This document shows positions 19,790 through 30,379 of a stretch of DNA of 64,000 nucleotides, piece after piece. Positions within the stretch are counted from its first letter, which is position 1, and each line of letters opens with the position of its first letter. The translations under genes and the position numbers were made by a program. The DNA comes from Candidatus Kuenenia stuttgartensis. GTDB lineage: Bacteria; Planctomycetota; Planctomycetia; Pirellulales; UBA1268. The notes under the pieces are model-generated. The model searched no databases. It had not been told where the DNA came from and worked only from the letters and a program-made list of their open reading frames with translations. The stretch lies in contig CAMDDJ010000001.1 of the NCBI GenBank assembly GCA_945891385.1, forward strand, positions 28,921-92,920. Direction: 5' to 3'.

Positions 19790-20647
19790 ATGGGAATCCG
19801 AACCTACAAGCCGACCAGCGCGGGTCGCCGAAATTCCAGTGTTTCCGACTTTGTGGAACTCACTCCCGGGGCTGAGGCTCCCAAGGGGCTGAGGGTCCGG
19901 AAGCACAAGACCGGCGGGCGAAACAATCAGGGCAAGATCACGGCCCGGCATCGCGGCGGCGGCCACATGCAGCATTACCGCCTGATCGACTTTCGGCGCA
20001 ATAAGGACGGCGTTCCTGGCAGGGTGGACTCCATTCAGTACGACCCCAACCGTACGTGCCGGGTGGCGTTGATTCATTATGCAGACGGTGAAAAGCGGTT
20101 CATTCTTTCGCCTGAAGGGCTCGCGGTAGGGCGTGCGGTGATGAGTGGCGAGTCGGCTCCTCCCGAGGTTGGAAATTGCCTGCCGCTCTCGGCGATTCCG
20201 CTCGGCATGCAGGTTCACAATGTCGAACTGCAGCCTGGGCGTGGCGGGCGGATGTGTCGTTCCGCGGGTTCGGCGGCCGTGCTCGTCGCCCGTGAGGCGG
20301 ATTGGGCCCAGTTGACGCTTCCGTCGGGGGAGATTCGTCGCGTTCCGGCGGCCTGTCGGGCAACCGTGGGTGCGATCGGGAATTCCGAGCACATGAAGGT
20401 GCGGTTGGGGAAGGCCGGGCGGTCGCGATGGCTGGGGATTCGCCCCCATGTCCGCGGCACGGCAATGAATCCGATCGACCATCCTCACGGTGGTGGTGAG
20501 GGTCGAACCAAGGGTGGTCGGCACCCTGTCAGTCCCACCGGAAAGAGTGCCAAGGGCGGCGGCACTCGCAAGCCCCGGAAGCCCTCTGGTGCCGCCATCG
20601 TGCGCCGGCGGAAGAGCCGCCGCTACGGCCAATTGAAGCTGAGGTAA
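19790..20647 (+). CDS. rplB: 50S ribosomal protein L2
   Basis: [34 protein letters not shown]. Confidence 0.95.
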   Translation: MGIRTYKPTSAGRRNSSVSDFVELTPGAEAPKGLRVRKHKTGGRNNQGKITARHRGGGHMQHYRLIDFRRNKDGVPGRVDSIQYDPNRTCRVALIHYADGEKRFILSPEGLAVGRAVMSGESAPPEVGNCLPLSAIPLGMQVHNVELQPGRGGRMCRSAGSAAVLVAREADWAQLTLPSGEIRRVPAACRATVGAIGNSEHMKVRLGKAGRSRWLGIRPHVRGTAMNPIDHPHGGGEGRTKGGRHPVSPTGKSAKGGGTRKPRKPSGAAIVRRRKSRRYGQLKLR

Positions 20648-20651
20648 TGCA

Positions 20652-20921
20652 ATGGGACGCAGTGCAAAAAAGGGGCCCTACGTGGACCCCCGCGTGTTCG
20701 AGAAGGTCGAGGCCCAACTTGCCAGCGGCAAGCGTGACCCGATCAAGACCTGGTCACGGGCCTGCACGATCGTGCCCGAGTTCATTGGTCTGACCTTCAT
20801 GGTTCACAACGGAAAGCAGCACCTGAAAGTGTTCGTTACCGAGGACATGGTGGGGCACAAACTCGGCGAGTTTTCGCCGTCCCGGACGTTCCGTGGGCAC
20901 GGCGGCAAGGGCAAGGGTTGA
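20652..20921 (+). CDS. rpsS: 30S ribosomal protein S19
   Basis: [14 protein letters not shown]...[25 protein letters not shown]. Confidence 0.95.
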   Translation: MGRSAKKGPYVDPRVFEKVEAQLASGKRDPIKTWSRACTIVPEFIGLTFMVHNGKQHLKVFVTEDMVGHKLGEFSPSRTFRGHGGKGKG

Positions 20922-20944
20922 CGGCACGACAGCCGGAGGAAGAC

Positions 20945-21307
20945 ATGGCCTACAAAGCCTCTCATCAATATGCCCGGATCAGTCCCCGCAAGGTGCGGGC
21001 GCTGGCCGACCTCGTTCGCGGCAAGTTTGCCGACGAGGCGCTCGACATTCTTCGGTTTCAGCCCCATCGTGGGGCCAGGATGCTGGAGAAGGTCATCAAG
21101 AGCGCCTTGGGCAACGCCGAGCACCAGCAGGCGGCTGGGATCGACGATCTCGTGGTGGTCGATGCCCGGATCGATCCGGGTCCGATGTTCAAGCGAATCC
21201 GTCCGCGGGCTCGCGGTATGGCGTTTGGAATCAAGCGGCGGATGTCGCACATCAAGGTCGCGCTCGACGCTCCCGCCGCACTGGCGGGCAGCGGTGGGGC
21301 GGAGTGA
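20945..21307 (+). CDS. rplV: 50S ribosomal protein L22
   Basis: MAYKASHQYARISPRKVRALADLVRGK. GGAGGA lies 4 nt upstream of ATG 20945. Confidence 0.9.
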   Translation: MAYKASHQYARISPRKVRALADLVRGKFADEALDILRFQPHRGARMLEKVIKSALGNAEHQQAAGIDDLVVVDARIDPGPMFKRIRPRARGMAFGIKRRMSHIKVALDAPAALAGSGGAE

Positions 21308-21318
21308 GGGCATAGCAC

Positions 21319-22014
21319 ATGGGTCAAAAAGTCCATCCCACCGGCTTTCGTACGGGTGTCACCGAGCCCTGGAAGAGCCGTTGGTACGCTGCCAAAAAGG
21401 AATTCCGCGATCTCCTCTTGGAGGACGTCAAGGTTCGGAAGTTCCTCAAGACAAAGTATCGCGCGGCGGCGATTCCAAAGGTCGAGATCGAGCGGACGCG
21501 TGACGAGGTGAAGGTCATCCTCCACTCTGCCCGTCCCGGGGTCATCATCGGTCGCAAGGGCCAGGAGGTCGATCGGCTCCAGGAGGAACTCCAGGACCTG
21601 CTCGGTCGGAAGGTGAATCTCAAGGTCGAGGAGGTCTCGCGGCCGGAGATCCAGGCGCAGCTTGTCGCGGAGGACATCGCCGACCAGTTGTCGAAGCGTG
21701 CGGCATTCCGCAGGACGCTCAAGCGGGCGCTCGATACCACGATGGACGCCGGGGCCAGAGGCGTGAAGATTCAGCTCGCCGGGCGGCTGGGTGGGGCAGA
21801 GATGTCACGGTGCGAGAAGGCGATTGCCGGGTCGATGCCGCTCTCCACCCTACGGGCCAAGATCGACTACGGGTTCTGCGAGGCGCCCACCGCGCAGGGC
21901 AACATCGGAATACAGGTATGGGTCAACCAAGGCATGTACGAGGAGGATGGCGATGGCGCTGATGCCCAAGAGGGTCAAGCACCGAAAAAGCCAAAGAGGT
22001 CGTATAAGAGGTGA
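21319..22014 (+). CDS. rpsC: 30S ribosomal protein S3
   Basis: MGQKVHPTGFRTGV..., KH domain, GRLGGAEM. Confidence 0.95.
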   Translation: MGQKVHPTGFRTGVTEPWKSRWYAAKKEFRDLLLEDVKVRKFLKTKYRAAAIPKVEIERTRDEVKVILHSARPGVIIGRKGQEVDRLQEELQDLLGRKVNLKVEEVSRPEIQAQLVAEDIADQLSKRAAFRRTLKRALDTTMDAGARGVKIQLAGRLGGAEMSRCEKAIAGSMPLSTLRAKIDYGFCEAPTAQGNIGIQVWVNQGMYEEDGDGADAQEGQAPKKPKRSYKR

Positions 22015-22369
22015 CGCCTCCCGCGGGAATCGCGTTGTCTTCGGCGATTTCGGCCTCCAGGCCGAACAGCCGGGATGGCTTCCTGCGGCGACCATCGAGG
22101 CCGGGAGAATCGCGGCTCAGCAGTACCTTCGTACGGAAGGTCGGCTGTATGTCCGCGCATTCCCCCACAAGTCGGTGACGTCGATCCCGCTCGAAACCCG
22201 AATGGGTAAGGGCAAGGGTGAGCCGGAGTATTGGGCCGCCGTGGTCAAGCCCGGCATGATCCTCTACGAGATCGGCGGGGTATCGGAAGAAGCGGCGCGG
22301 ATGTGTTTGGCACGGCTCGCGCACAAGATGCCGATCCGCGTAAGGTTCGTAAAGCGGCGGCTGATGTAA
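21953..22369 (+). CDS. rplP: 50S ribosomal protein L16
   Basis: [17 protein letters not shown]...[20 protein letters not shown] (21940-21946) lies 6 nt upstream of ATG 21953. The gene overlaps the rpsC 3' end out of frame. Confidence 0.9.
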   Translation: MALMPKRVKHRKSQRGRIRGDASRGNRVVFGDFGLQAEQPGWLPAATIEAGRIAAQQYLRTEGRLYVRAFPHKSVTSIPLETRMGKGKGEPEYWAAVVKPGMILYEIGGVSEEAARMCLARLAHKMPIRVRFVKRRLM

Positions 22370-22420
22370 TCAGAGTTTCAAGGTTCGAGCGGCGGAACGC
22401 CGAGCGGCGGAGCGATCGAC

Positions 22421-22642
22421 ATGACAAAGGTTAGTGAACTGAGAGAAATGGGCGACGAACAGATCCGGCTCGTCTGGAAGGACGCCGCCGAGTCGTTGTT
22501 TCGGCTGCGGATCCAGGCCCAAACCGAAAAGCTGGCCGCGCCCACGCAGATCAAGAAACTGCGGCGGACGATCGCCCGCTGCCAGACCATTCTTCACCAG
22601 CGGGGCACGCTGGTGCCGGCTGGTGAGCCAACTCCGGCCTGA
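22421..22642 (+). CDS. rpmC: 50S ribosomal protein L29
   Basis: ELREMGDEQIRLVWKDAAESLFRLRIQ, operon position. Confidence 0.9.
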   Translation: MTKVSELREMGDEQIRLVWKDAAESLFRLRIQAQTEKLAAPTQIKKLRRTIARCQTILHQRGTLVPAGEPTPA

Positions 22643-22692
22643 GCCGGCGAACCGACCAACCACGACAGCCATAGGGACAGGAACGAGTCACG

Positions 22693-23076
22693 ATGCCGAA
22701 ACGAGTTGAAACCGGAACGGTCACCAGCGCCGCGGCGAGCAAGACGCGGCGGGTGGAGATTCCGCGGGTCGTTCGCCATGCCAAGTACGGACGAATTCTC
22801 CACAGCAGGACCGTTTGCCACGTGCACGACGAAAAGGAGGAGTCTGGCCCGGGCGATCTGGTCGAGATCATCGAGTGCCGCCCTCGGAGTCGCACCAAGC
22901 GGTGGGAACTCGTCCGGGTCGTGGCGAAGAGCACGGCGGTCGACGTTGCCTCGCTCCGTAGCGGCGCGCGAGCCACCGAGTTGCGAGAGTCGGCTGCGCG
23001 TGCCGAAGCGGCGGCGGCCACCGGTTCGAAGAATGGTTCCGGATCGAGTGAGGTCGCGGAAGGACAAGCAACATGA
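22693..23076 (+). CDS. rpsQ: 30S ribosomal protein S17 (with ~45-aa C-terminal extension)
   Basis: [16 protein letters not shown]...[19 protein letters not shown]...[21 protein letters not shown]. Confidence 0.92.
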   Translation: MPKRVETGTVTSAAASKTRRVEIPRVVRHAKYGRILHSRTVCHVHDEKEESGPGDLVEIIECRPRSRTKRWELVRVVAKSTAVDVASLRSGARATELRESAARAEAAAATGSKNGSGSSEVAEGQAT

Positions 23077-23441
23077 TTCAGATGCAAACGCGGCTCAACG
23101 TCGCGGACAATACCGGCGCCAAGGAAGTGATGTGCTTCAAGGTGCTCGGCGGTAGCCGCAAGCGAACCGCCGGGCTCGGTGACATCATTGTCTGCAGCGT
23201 CAAGAGCGTGATTCCGGGTAGCGACGTCAAGAAAAAGGCCGTCGTGAAGGCCGTGATCGTGCGGTGCAAGAAGCCTTCGCGGCGGGAGGACGGCAGTTAT
23301 GTCCGGTTCGACTCCAACGCCTGCGTGATCATCGACAACGACAAGAATCCCAAAGGCACGCGAATCTTCGGCGCCGTTGCCCGCGAACTCCGCGACCGCA
23401 ACTTCACGAAGATCGTCAGCCTTGCGAGCGAGGTGGTCTGA
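23073..23441 (+). CDS. rplN: 50S ribosomal protein L14
   Basis: [32 protein letters not shown] overlap with rpsQ. Confidence 0.96.
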   Translation: MIQMQTRLNVADNTGAKEVMCFKVLGGSRKRTAGLGDIIVCSVKSVIPGSDVKKKAVVKAVIVRCKKPSRREDGSYVRFDSNACVIIDNDKNPKGTRIFGAVARELRDRNFTKIVSLASEVV

Positions 23442-23812
23442 TGCTGATCAAGACGGGCGATTTGGTCGAGGTGCGGTCGGGCAACGAGCGGGGCACGCGG
23501 GCCAAGGTGTTGGCCGTCCGCCCGGCGGCTGCCGGCGAGAAGGGTGGACGCGGCGCGAGAGTCGTGGTCGAGGGCGTGAACCGCGTCTATCGCCACATCC
23601 GCCGGAGCCAGAAGAACCCTCAGGGGGGGCGCCTCAGTAAAGAGATGCCGATCGACGCATCCAACGTTCTGCTGGTCTGTTCGGCCTGCGGAAAGGCTAC
23701 CCGCCTGGGTGCGCGGGTCGCAGCCGACGGAGGCAAGGTGAGGTTCTGCCGCGGTTGCGGGGCAGAGCAGGGTACGGTGCGTCGGTCGCGGGCGAAGGCC
23801 AAGGGCGGCTGA
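23441..23812 (+). CDS. rplX: 50S ribosomal protein L24 (four-Cys variant)
   Basis: KOW motif GDLVEVRSGNERGTRAKV. The ATG shares its A with the rplN TGA. CSAC...CRGC at 23678-23758. Confidence 0.9.
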   Translation: MLIKTGDLVEVRSGNERGTRAKVLAVRPAAAGEKGGRGARVVVEGVNRVYRHIRRSQKNPQGGRLSKEMPIDASNVLLVCSACGKATRLGARVAADGGKVRFCRGCGAEQGTVRRSRAKAKGG

Positions 23813-23862
23813 GAGACGACAAGCGGGATCCCACGAGACTTTCAGGCAAGGAATTGGTTGAG

Positions 23863-24477
23863 ATGGCCAAGAAGAGTAAGGCAGCAGCCAGCGTCGCGGT
23901 CGAGCCTGCGGGCACACCGCGGATGCTCGAGCATTATCTCACGACGGTGCGTCCGCACCTGGAGAAGACGCTCGGAACCACCAATCCACATGCCATCCCC
24001 AAGTTCGAAAAGATCGTGGTGAGCATGGGCGTTGGCGCGGCGGTGACGGAGAAGAAGTATCTCGACGAGGCGATCGGTGCCCTGGCGCAGGTCACTGGAC
24101 AGAAACCCATCGCAACCCTGTCCAAGGCGGCCGTGTCGGGTTTCAAACTCCGTGAGAACCTCCCGATCGGCTGCAAGGTCACCCTGCGGGGCAGGCGGAT
24201 GTACGAGTTCTTCGACCGGCTCGTCGCGGTGGCCTTGCCGCGAGTCCGTGACTTCCGTGGTCTCAAGGCGAATGCCTTCGACGGCAACGGCAACTACAGC
24301 CTCGGACTCTCGGAACAGATGGTGTTCCCCGAGATCAATCCGGACCGGTACACGCGGCCCCAGGGCATGAACATCACGTTCGTCACGTCAGCCGTGTCCG
24401 ATGATGACGCGCGGGAGTTTCTCGTCGCGATGGGGCTGCCGCTCAAGAAGGAAGGCGAGGGCGACGCCGCGGCGTAG
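23863..24477 (+). CDS. rplE: 50S ribosomal protein L5
   Basis: LGTTNPHAIPKFEKIVVSMGVG, NYSLGLSEQMVFPEI. Confidence 0.93.
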   Translation: MAKKSKAAASVAVEPAGTPRMLEHYLTTVRPHLEKTLGTTNPHAIPKFEKIVVSMGVGAAVTEKKYLDEAIGALAQVTGQKPIATLSKAAVSGFKLRENLPIGCKVTLRGRRMYEFFDRLVAVALPRVRDFRGLKANAFDGNGNYSLGLSEQMVFPEINPDRYTRPQGMNITFVTSAVSDDDAREFLVAMGLPLKKEGEGDAAA

Positions 24478-24527
24478 CGGCGGAATCCCAGGATTGACCC
24501 GACAACCAGGCTCGACACCACGGATCC

Positions 24528-24713
24528 ATGGCAAGCAAATCCAAAATCGCGGCTGCAAAGCGGCCCCCGAAATTTTCCACGCGGCTCGTCAGGCGGTGCA
24601 TGCTCTGCGGCCGGCCGCGGGCCGTGTATCGCAAGTTTGGCACCTGCCGCATCTGCTTTCGAAAGCTTGCGGATCAAGGCTGTATCCCCGGTGTGAAGAA
24701 GGCGAGCTGGTAA
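24528..24713 (+). CDS. rpsN: 30S ribosomal protein S14, short zinc-binding (type Z) form
   Basis: 61 aa; [22 protein letters not shown]. Confidence 0.93.
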   Translation: MASKSKIAAAKRPPKFSTRLVRRCMLCGRPRAVYRKFGTCRICFRKLADQGCIPGVKKASW

Positions 24714-24746
24714 AACCCTGGATCATGAGAAGAGGGCTCTGCTGAC

Positions 24747-25142
24747 ATGATGACCGACCCCATCGCCGACATGCTCACCCGAATCCGCAACGCGGTTCGG
24801 GTCGAACGCGCAACCGTGGAGATTCCGAGCTCCAAGGTGAAGCGCGGGTTGGCGGAAGTGCTCAAGCGCGAAGGCTTCATCTGGGATTGGCGGGAGGTCG
24901 AGTCGGCCCCCGTTCCCCAACTTCAACTTGAGCTGAAATATGGCCCCAACGGTGAGCGGCTGATCCGGCACATCCGGCGAGTCAGTTCGCCTGGTCGGCG
25001 AGTCTACAGCCGGTCGGCGCGACTGCGACCTGTTCTGGGCGGGCTTGGGATTTCGATCCTGTCGACGTCGAGCGGCGTCGTCAGTGACCGCGAGGCCAGG
25101 CAAAAGAAACTCGGCGGCGAAGTGCTCTGCGAACTCTGGTAG
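24747..25142 (+). CDS. rpsH: 30S ribosomal protein S8
   Basis: MMTDPIADMLTRIRNA... Confidence 0.95.
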   Translation: MMTDPIADMLTRIRNAVRVERATVEIPSSKVKRGLAEVLKREGFIWDWREVESAPVPQLQLELKYGPNGERLIRHIRRVSSPGRRVYSRSARLRPVLGGLGISILSTSSGVVSDREARQKKLGGEVLCELW

Positions 25143-25161
25143 GAGCGAAAGGTCAGACGCA

Positions 25162-25707
25162 ATGTCCCGTATCGGAAAAAATCCTGTTCCCCTTCCCAAG
25201 GGCGTGAAGGCCTCTGTGGCCCGGGGTGCGCTCGTCGTGGAGGGGCCGCTCGGCAAACTCGAGCAGCCAATCCATCCGGCTGTCACGGTGGAAGTGGACG
25301 TGCCGGGCGGCCTGATCGTCGTCACCCGGAGCGGTGACGACCGGATCGCGCGGTCGGTGCACGGCCTCACGCGGGCGCTCGCTGCCAACATGGTTGAGGG
25401 CGTTTCGAAGGGCTACGAGAAGAAACTCGAGATCGTCGGGGTCGGCTATCTCGCCGCGATCCAGCAAAACACCCTTCAGTTGCGGGTCGGTTTCGCCAAC
25501 GAGTTGCATGTGCCGATTCCGGCCGGCTTGACCGTCGCTTGCCCGGATCAGACGCACGTCACGATCAAGGGCATCGACAAGCAGGCCGTGGGCCAGTTTG
25601 CCGCCGAAGTGCGTGCCCTGCGGAAACCGGAGCCCTACAAGGGGAAGGGAATTCGCTACGAGAACGAGCAGGTCCGCCGGAAGGCAGGCAAGGCGGTTAC
25701 CAAGTAG
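25162..25707 (+). CDS. rplF: 50S ribosomal protein L6
   Basis: [15 protein letters not shown]..., [14 protein letters not shown]. Confidence 0.93.
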   Translation: MSRIGKNPVPLPKGVKASVARGALVVEGPLGKLEQPIHPAVTVEVDVPGGLIVVTRSGDDRIARSVHGLTRALAANMVEGVSKGYEKKLEIVGVGYLAAIQQNTLQLRVGFANELHVPIPAGLTVACPDQTHVTIKGIDKQAVGQFAAEVRALRKPEPYKGKGIRYENEQVRRKAGKAVTK

Positions 25708-25792
25708 CTGGTATCAAGGAGCAGGGGCGACCCCGATCGGGTGTCGCCCGCGATCAGCGTCTTTCTTCAACAGGTATTTCGAACGGATCATC

Positions 25793-26161
25793 ATGGACCA
25801 CGCCCGCACGATCTACAGGCAGCGACTCCGGCGGCGGTTTCGCGTCCGCAAGCCCATTCGGGGCACGGCGGAGCGGCCACGGTTGTCTGTGTTTCGCACG
25901 CACAAGCACATCTACGTTCAGATCATCGACGACGAGGCGGGCAAGACGCTAGCTTCGGCGAGTTCACAGGATCGGCAGATTCGCGAGTCTGTTGGTTTCG
26001 GTGGCAACAAGCAGGCAGCCGAGGCGATCGGCCGAGCGTTGGCCGAGCGTGCCAAGGCAGCCGGCGTCACGAAGGTCTGCTTCGACCGAGGCAGTTTCAA
26101 GTATCACGGCCGGGTGGCGGCTCTGGCTGACGCAGCCAGGGCGGCCGGACTCGAATTCTGA
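25793..26161 (+). CDS. rplR: 50S ribosomal protein L18
   Basis: [50 protein letters not shown]. Confidence 0.92.
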   Translation: MDHARTIYRQRLRRRFRVRKPIRGTAERPRLSVFRTHKHIYVQIIDDEAGKTLASASSQDRQIRESVGFGGNKQAAEAIGRALAERAKAAGVTKVCFDRGSFKYHGRVAALADAARAAGLEF

Positions 26162-26204
26162 ATTCCGTCACCACCCAGCACACTCACGAGGGAGAACCAG
26201 ACGC

Positions 26205-26696
26205 GTGTCCACCGGCAAAGAATCGCGAACCGGAGAGTTCTTTGAAAAGGTCGTCAAAGTGAGGCGGTGCGCCACCGTGGTCAAGGGCGGACGCCGCTTC
26301 AGTTTTGCGGGACTCGTCGTGGTCGGCAACGGTCGAGGGAAAGTTGGCTGCGGCTACGCGAAGGCCAACGAGGTTCCTCCCGCCGTCGAAAAAGCGATCA
26401 AGGACGGCATGAAGAATCTGATCGAAGTGCCGGTCGAGGCGGGCACGATTCCGCATCGGGTCGAGGGGCGGTACGAAACGGCCAAGGTGGTGCTGCTGCC
26501 GGCGGGGCCGGGCACCGGGATTATCGCCGGAGCGGCTGTTCGGGCGGTCTGCGAGTCGGCCGGAATCCATGACGTGCTGACGAAGGCTCATGGCTCGACC
26601 AATCCGGTCAATCTCGTCAAAGCTGCCCTGGATGGCCTCAAGCAACTTCGGACCAAAGCCGAAGTCGAGCGGTTGCGGGGCGTGAGCCTGTCCTGA
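26205..26696 (+). CDS. rpsE: 30S ribosomal protein S5
   Basis: VVKVRRCATVVKGGRRFSFAGLVVVGNGRGKVGCGYAKA. GTG start with GGAGA 9 nt upstream. Confidence 0.9.
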   Translation: MSTGKESRTGEFFEKVVKVRRCATVVKGGRRFSFAGLVVVGNGRGKVGCGYAKANEVPPAVEKAIKDGMKNLIEVPVEAGTIPHRVEGRYETAKVVLLPAGPGTGIIAGAAVRAVCESAGIHDVLTKAHGSTNPVNLVKAALDGLKQLRTKAEVERLRGVSLS

Positions 26697-26770
26697 CGCC
26701 GTCCTTCCTGTTTCGGTTTCGACCCAGTTTCTCTCTCTCTTCGACTCACTGCAGCGACGGATCAACAGCC

Positions 26771-27277
26771 ATGCAACTCGACGGCGTCAACAAGGGAATT
26801 CACAAGAACCGAAAGCGGCTCCGCGTGGGCCGCGGCCCCGGCTCCGGCCGTGGTCGGACCGCCGGGCGTGGCAATAAGGGTCAGGGGCAGTTGGCCGGCT
26901 GGTCGGCTGCGGGAATCTTCGAGGGCGGGCGGCTCCCGTTGATTCGGCGAATCCCCAAGCGTGGCTTCCACAACGCCCACGGGCGGATCGTCAAGAGCCT
27001 GAATGTCTCCGCACTCGACTCAGTCTGCGAGGCCGGCAGCGACGTGACCCCCGAGTCCTTGCGGGAATTGGGGCTGGCCAAGGGCATCTGGCAGGTGCTC
27101 AAGATCCTTGGCAACGGCGAGATCAAGAAGCCACTGAAGGTGTCCGCGCACCATTTCAGTGCCCAGGCGAAAGCCAAGATCCTGGCTGCTGGAGGGTCAG
27201 TGACGGAATTGCCTGGGCCTGCTCCGCTGGAGCGGAAGATCGGAAAGGCGTCGCGGAAAAAGCCGGTTAACGGGTAG
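26771..27277 (+). CDS. rplO: 50S ribosomal protein L15
   Basis: RVGRGPGSGRGRTAGRGNKGQ. Follows rpsE directly; no rpmD in between. Confidence 0.92.
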   Translation: MQLDGVNKGIHKNRKRLRVGRGPGSGRGRTAGRGNKGQGQLAGWSAAGIFEGGRLPLIRRIPKRGFHNAHGRIVKSLNVSALDSVCEAGSDVTPESLRELGLAKGIWQVLKILGNGEIKKPLKVSAHHFSAQAKAKILAAGGSVTELPGPAPLERKIGKASRKKPVNG

Positions 27278-27318
27278 GGTATGCGGCTTCATGCCGCTCG
27301 CCCCGAGGAGTTCACGCC

Positions 27319-28683
27319 GTGCTGGAAAAGATCCGCGTCATCTTCACCATTCCCGAACTGCGGCAGAAAATCCTGCTGACGCTCGGCCTTTTGGCGATTT
27401 ACCGCGTCGGCTGGCAGGTGCCGTTGCCGATCATCGACTCCGAGGCGATGACCGCTTTCGCAAAGCAGGCCGGTGGTGTCGGGGAATTGCTTCGCACCGT
27501 CGCCGTGTTTTCCGCCAGCCAACTCTCTCAGGCGACGATCTTCGGCCTGGGGATCATGCCGTACATCTCTGCGTCGATCATCTTTCAACTGCTCGGCACC
27601 GTCTGGCCGCCGCTGGAGCGCTTGCAGAAAGAGGGAGAGGCCGGTCGCAAGAAGATCAATGAGTACACGCGATACGCGACGGTGATCATCTGCTTGGTCC
27701 AGAGTTGGGCGTATGTGGCGTTTCTGGCAGCGCCGGGCCGTGATCAGTCACTCATTCAGGAAAGTTTCTTGGTCGACGGGCGGTTGCCGTTGGTCTGGCA
27801 GTTCGTAGCGGTCATGACGATGACGGCCGGGACGATCTTCCTGATGTGGTTGGGCGAACAGATCGACGAGTTCGGCATCGGCAACGGCATCAGTCTCCTG
27901 ATCATGGCGGGCATCTTGGCGGGCATGCCGGGCGCACTGCTTGAGCTGGCCGGGAGTACATCGTGGGAGGTGGGTGGCGGCGCCGGCACCGGCAAGTTGG
28001 GCGTCGAGATGATTCCCGTGCTTGTCGCCCTTTTCATCGGGGTCGTTGCTGGTGTGGTGTTCATGACCCAGGGGCAGCGGCGAATCCCGACCCAGAGCGC
28101 CAAGCACGTCCGGGGGCGGCGGGTGTACGGCGGTACCAGGCAGTACCTGCCGCTGCGGGTCAATCAGGCCGGCGTGATGCCGATCATCTTCGCGAGCTCG
28201 TTGCTCTTGTTCCCACAGTTTCTGTTTCAGTACCTCAGTCGTGCTTTTCCGGAAAACGGCGTTTTGCTGGGGCTTTATGAGTCTTTCACTCGAGGCCAGT
28301 CGTATCTCTACAACGTCTGCTACATCGCACTGATCTACTTTTTCTGCTACTTTTGGACGGCGATCACCTTCAATCCGAAGGAGATGGCCGATAACCTCAA
28401 GAACTTTGGCGCCTTCATTCCGGGGTACCGTCCCGGCAAGCGGACGGCGGACTATCTCGAGCGAGTCATGGAACGGATCACCTACGTCGGTGCCGGTTTC
28501 TTGGCTCTTGTGGCCGTGATTCCAACCGTTGTGGCAGGCGCCTTGGGAATCCCCTTTCAGGCTGCGAGTTTCTACGGAGGCACCGGCCTCCTGATCGCGG
28601 TGAGCGTGGTCTTCGACCTTGTGCAGAAGATTGATAGCCACCTCGTGATGCGAAATTACAGCGGTCTGCTGGAGCGGAACTGA
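27319..28683 (+). CDS. secY: preprotein translocase subunit SecY
   Basis: 454 aa, 10 TM-type profile, LRQKILLTLGLLAIYRVG, operon position. GTG start with GAGGAG upstream. Confidence 0.93.
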   Translation: MLEKIRVIFTIPELRQKILLTLGLLAIYRVGWQVPLPIIDSEAMTAFAKQAGGVGELLRTVAVFSASQLSQATIFGLGIMPYISASIIFQLLGTVWPPLERLQKEGEAGRKKINEYTRYATVIICLVQSWAYVAFLAAPGRDQSLIQESFLVDGRLPLVWQFVAVMTMTAGTIFLMWLGEQIDEFGIGNGISLLIMAGILAGMPGALLELAGSTSWEVGGGAGTGKLGVEMIPVLVALFIGVVAGVVFMTQGQRRIPTQSAKHVRGRRVYGGTRQYLPLRVNQAGVMPIIFASSLLLFPQFLFQYLSRAFPENGVLLGLYESFTRGQSYLYNVCYIALIYFFCYFWTAITFNPKEMADNLKNFGAFIPGYRPGKRTADYLERVMERITYVGAGFLALVAVIPTVVAGALGIPFQAASFYGGTGLLIAVSVVFDLVQKIDSHLVMRNYSGLLERN

Positions 28684-28777
28684 GGGCAGGGACGGCCGGG
28701 TTTCATGCGGCTGTCCTGAGAACTGCTCCAACCCGGTCGAGCCCGCCTGATTCCTCGGATTAGCGGGGCATGCCGTC

Positions 28778-29347
28778 ATGCGGATCATCCTCATCGGGCC
28801 GCCAGGTGCCGGTAAAGGAACGCAGTGCCAACGGCTCGTCGAGCTCCTCGAGGTTCCGCACCTCTCGACGGGCGAGATGCTCCGAGCCGAGGTTCGTGCA
28901 GATACTTCCGCTGGCCGAGAGGCCGCGGCTTTCATGGAACACGGCCAGTTGGTGCCTGACCCATTGATTTTGGCCATGGTCGGGCGACGGCTGTCCCAGC
29001 CCGACTGCCGAGACGGATGTCTCTTGGATGGATTTCCCCGCACCCTTCATCAGGCCGAGATTCTCGACGACCTCCTGGATCGGCAGGCCATGAGCGTGGA
29101 CGGTGTGATCGAGTTGGCTGTGCCGCGAGACGAGTTGGTGAGACGGATGCTGGCCCGCAAGCGGGCCGACGACGATCCTTCCATCTTTGCCAAACGGATC
29201 GCGAGTTTCGAGATCCAGACCGCTCCGCTGCTCGATTATTACGGCAGGCAAGGGAAACTGGCTTCGATCGATGGTCTGGGGTCGGCCGACGAGATCTTTG
29301 CCCGAGTTCGTGCTGCTGTTCGTCGGTTCGAGCAGTCGAAGCGGTGA
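28778..29347 (+). CDS. adk: adenylate kinase (short-lid form)
   Basis: MRIILIGPPGAGKGTQCQRL, LLDGFPRT. Confidence 0.93.
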   Translation: MRIILIGPPGAGKGTQCQRLVELLEVPHLSTGEMLRAEVRADTSAGREAAAFMEHGQLVPDPLILAMVGRRLSQPDCRDGCLLDGFPRTLHQAEILDDLLDRQAMSVDGVIELAVPRDELVRRMLARKRADDDPSIFAKRIASFEIQTAPLLDYYGRQGKLASIDGLGSADEIFARVRAAVRRFEQSKR

Positions 29348-29455
29348 GGCTTGGGGCCTGCCGTGCAGGCGACGTTCAGGCCGGTATACTCACGCTGTCG
29401 TTCGTCGTGGGCCGGCTCTCTCGTTCGCGGTCTTTTTTCTGGGGTGTTCTGTCTC

Positions 29456-30274
29456 GTGGTGAATCTCCGCTCGTCTCGTGAAATCGCCCTGATGCGGAAG
29501 GCCGGGCTCGTTGTCTGGGCCGCCCATCAAGTGGCCCGGCCTCTTGTCCGGCCCGGTGTGACAACGGCCGAAATCGATGCTGCCGTCGAGGCTTTTTTTC
29601 TCGCGCAGGGCGCCATCCCGCTCTTTAAGGGGGTTCCTGGCAAGGTGCCGTTTCCAGCCGTCTGCTGCATCTCGGTGAACGACGAAGTCGTCCACGGAAT
29701 TCCCGGAGGACGGGTTCTCCGGCCTGGCGACATCATCAGCATCGACACCGGGTGCAGTCTGGGTGGTTGGTGCGGTGACTCCGCGTACACGCATCCCGTC
29801 GGCGAGGTCTCGCCCGACGTTCAGAAGTTGCTCGAGTGCACGGCCGGTGTGCTCGCGCTCGCCATTGAGTTGATGGCCGTCCGCAATCGCTGGAGCGACG
29901 TGGCCACTGAAATGGCGAAATATGTGCGAGACTGCGGTTTTTCCGTGGTCGAGAACTTCGTCGGCCACGGCATCGGCCGGACGATGCACGAGGATCCGCA
30001 GGTGCCGAATTTCTGCACGCCCGCCTTTCGGCGAAACCACGATTTTGAACTCGAACCCGGATTGGTGATCGCCGTCGAGCCGATGGTGAACATGGGTTCC
30101 AAGAAGGTCCGGCCCTTGGACGACTACTGGACGCAGTCCACGGTCGACGGGAGGCCAAGTGCTCATTTTGAGCACACTGTCGCCATTACCGAAGCGGGCC
30201 CGGCGGTGCTCACAGCACCCCCCGCAAGCGGGGAAGACGCAGCGTTCGTCGCCCCCGTGGCGGGGGATTCGTGA
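29456..30274 (+). CDS. map: type I methionine aminopeptidase
   Basis: [52 protein letters not shown] start approximate (29456 or 29459). Confidence 0.88.
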   Translation: MVNLRSSREIALMRKAGLVVWAAHQVARPLVRPGVTTAEIDAAVEAFFLAQGAIPLFKGVPGKVPFPAVCCISVNDEVVHGIPGGRVLRPGDIISIDTGCSLGGWCGDSAYTHPVGEVSPDVQKLLECTAGVLALAIELMAVRNRWSDVATEMAKYVRDCGFSVVENFVGHGIGRTMHEDPQVPNFCTPAFRRNHDFELEPGLVIAVEPMVNMGSKKVRPLDDYWTQSTVDGRPSAHFEHTVAITEAGPAVLTAPPASGEDAAFVAPVAGDS

Positions 30275-30349
30275 TCAGTCACGCAGGTGGCGAGCGGGGC
30301 CGCAGCGCGATTGTGATCTGGTTTTCACTGCCGATTTCACGCCACCCCC

Positions 30350-30379
30350 TTGCGAACTGCCCATCGGGCGACCTATGAT
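30350..30379 (+). promoter_or_regulatory. candidate internal promoter ahead of rpmJ-rpsM-rpsK-rpsD-rpoA-rplQ
   Basis: TTGCGA (30350-30355) - 18 nt - TATGAT (30374-30379), in the 174-nt map-rpmJ gap. Confidence 0.25.
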
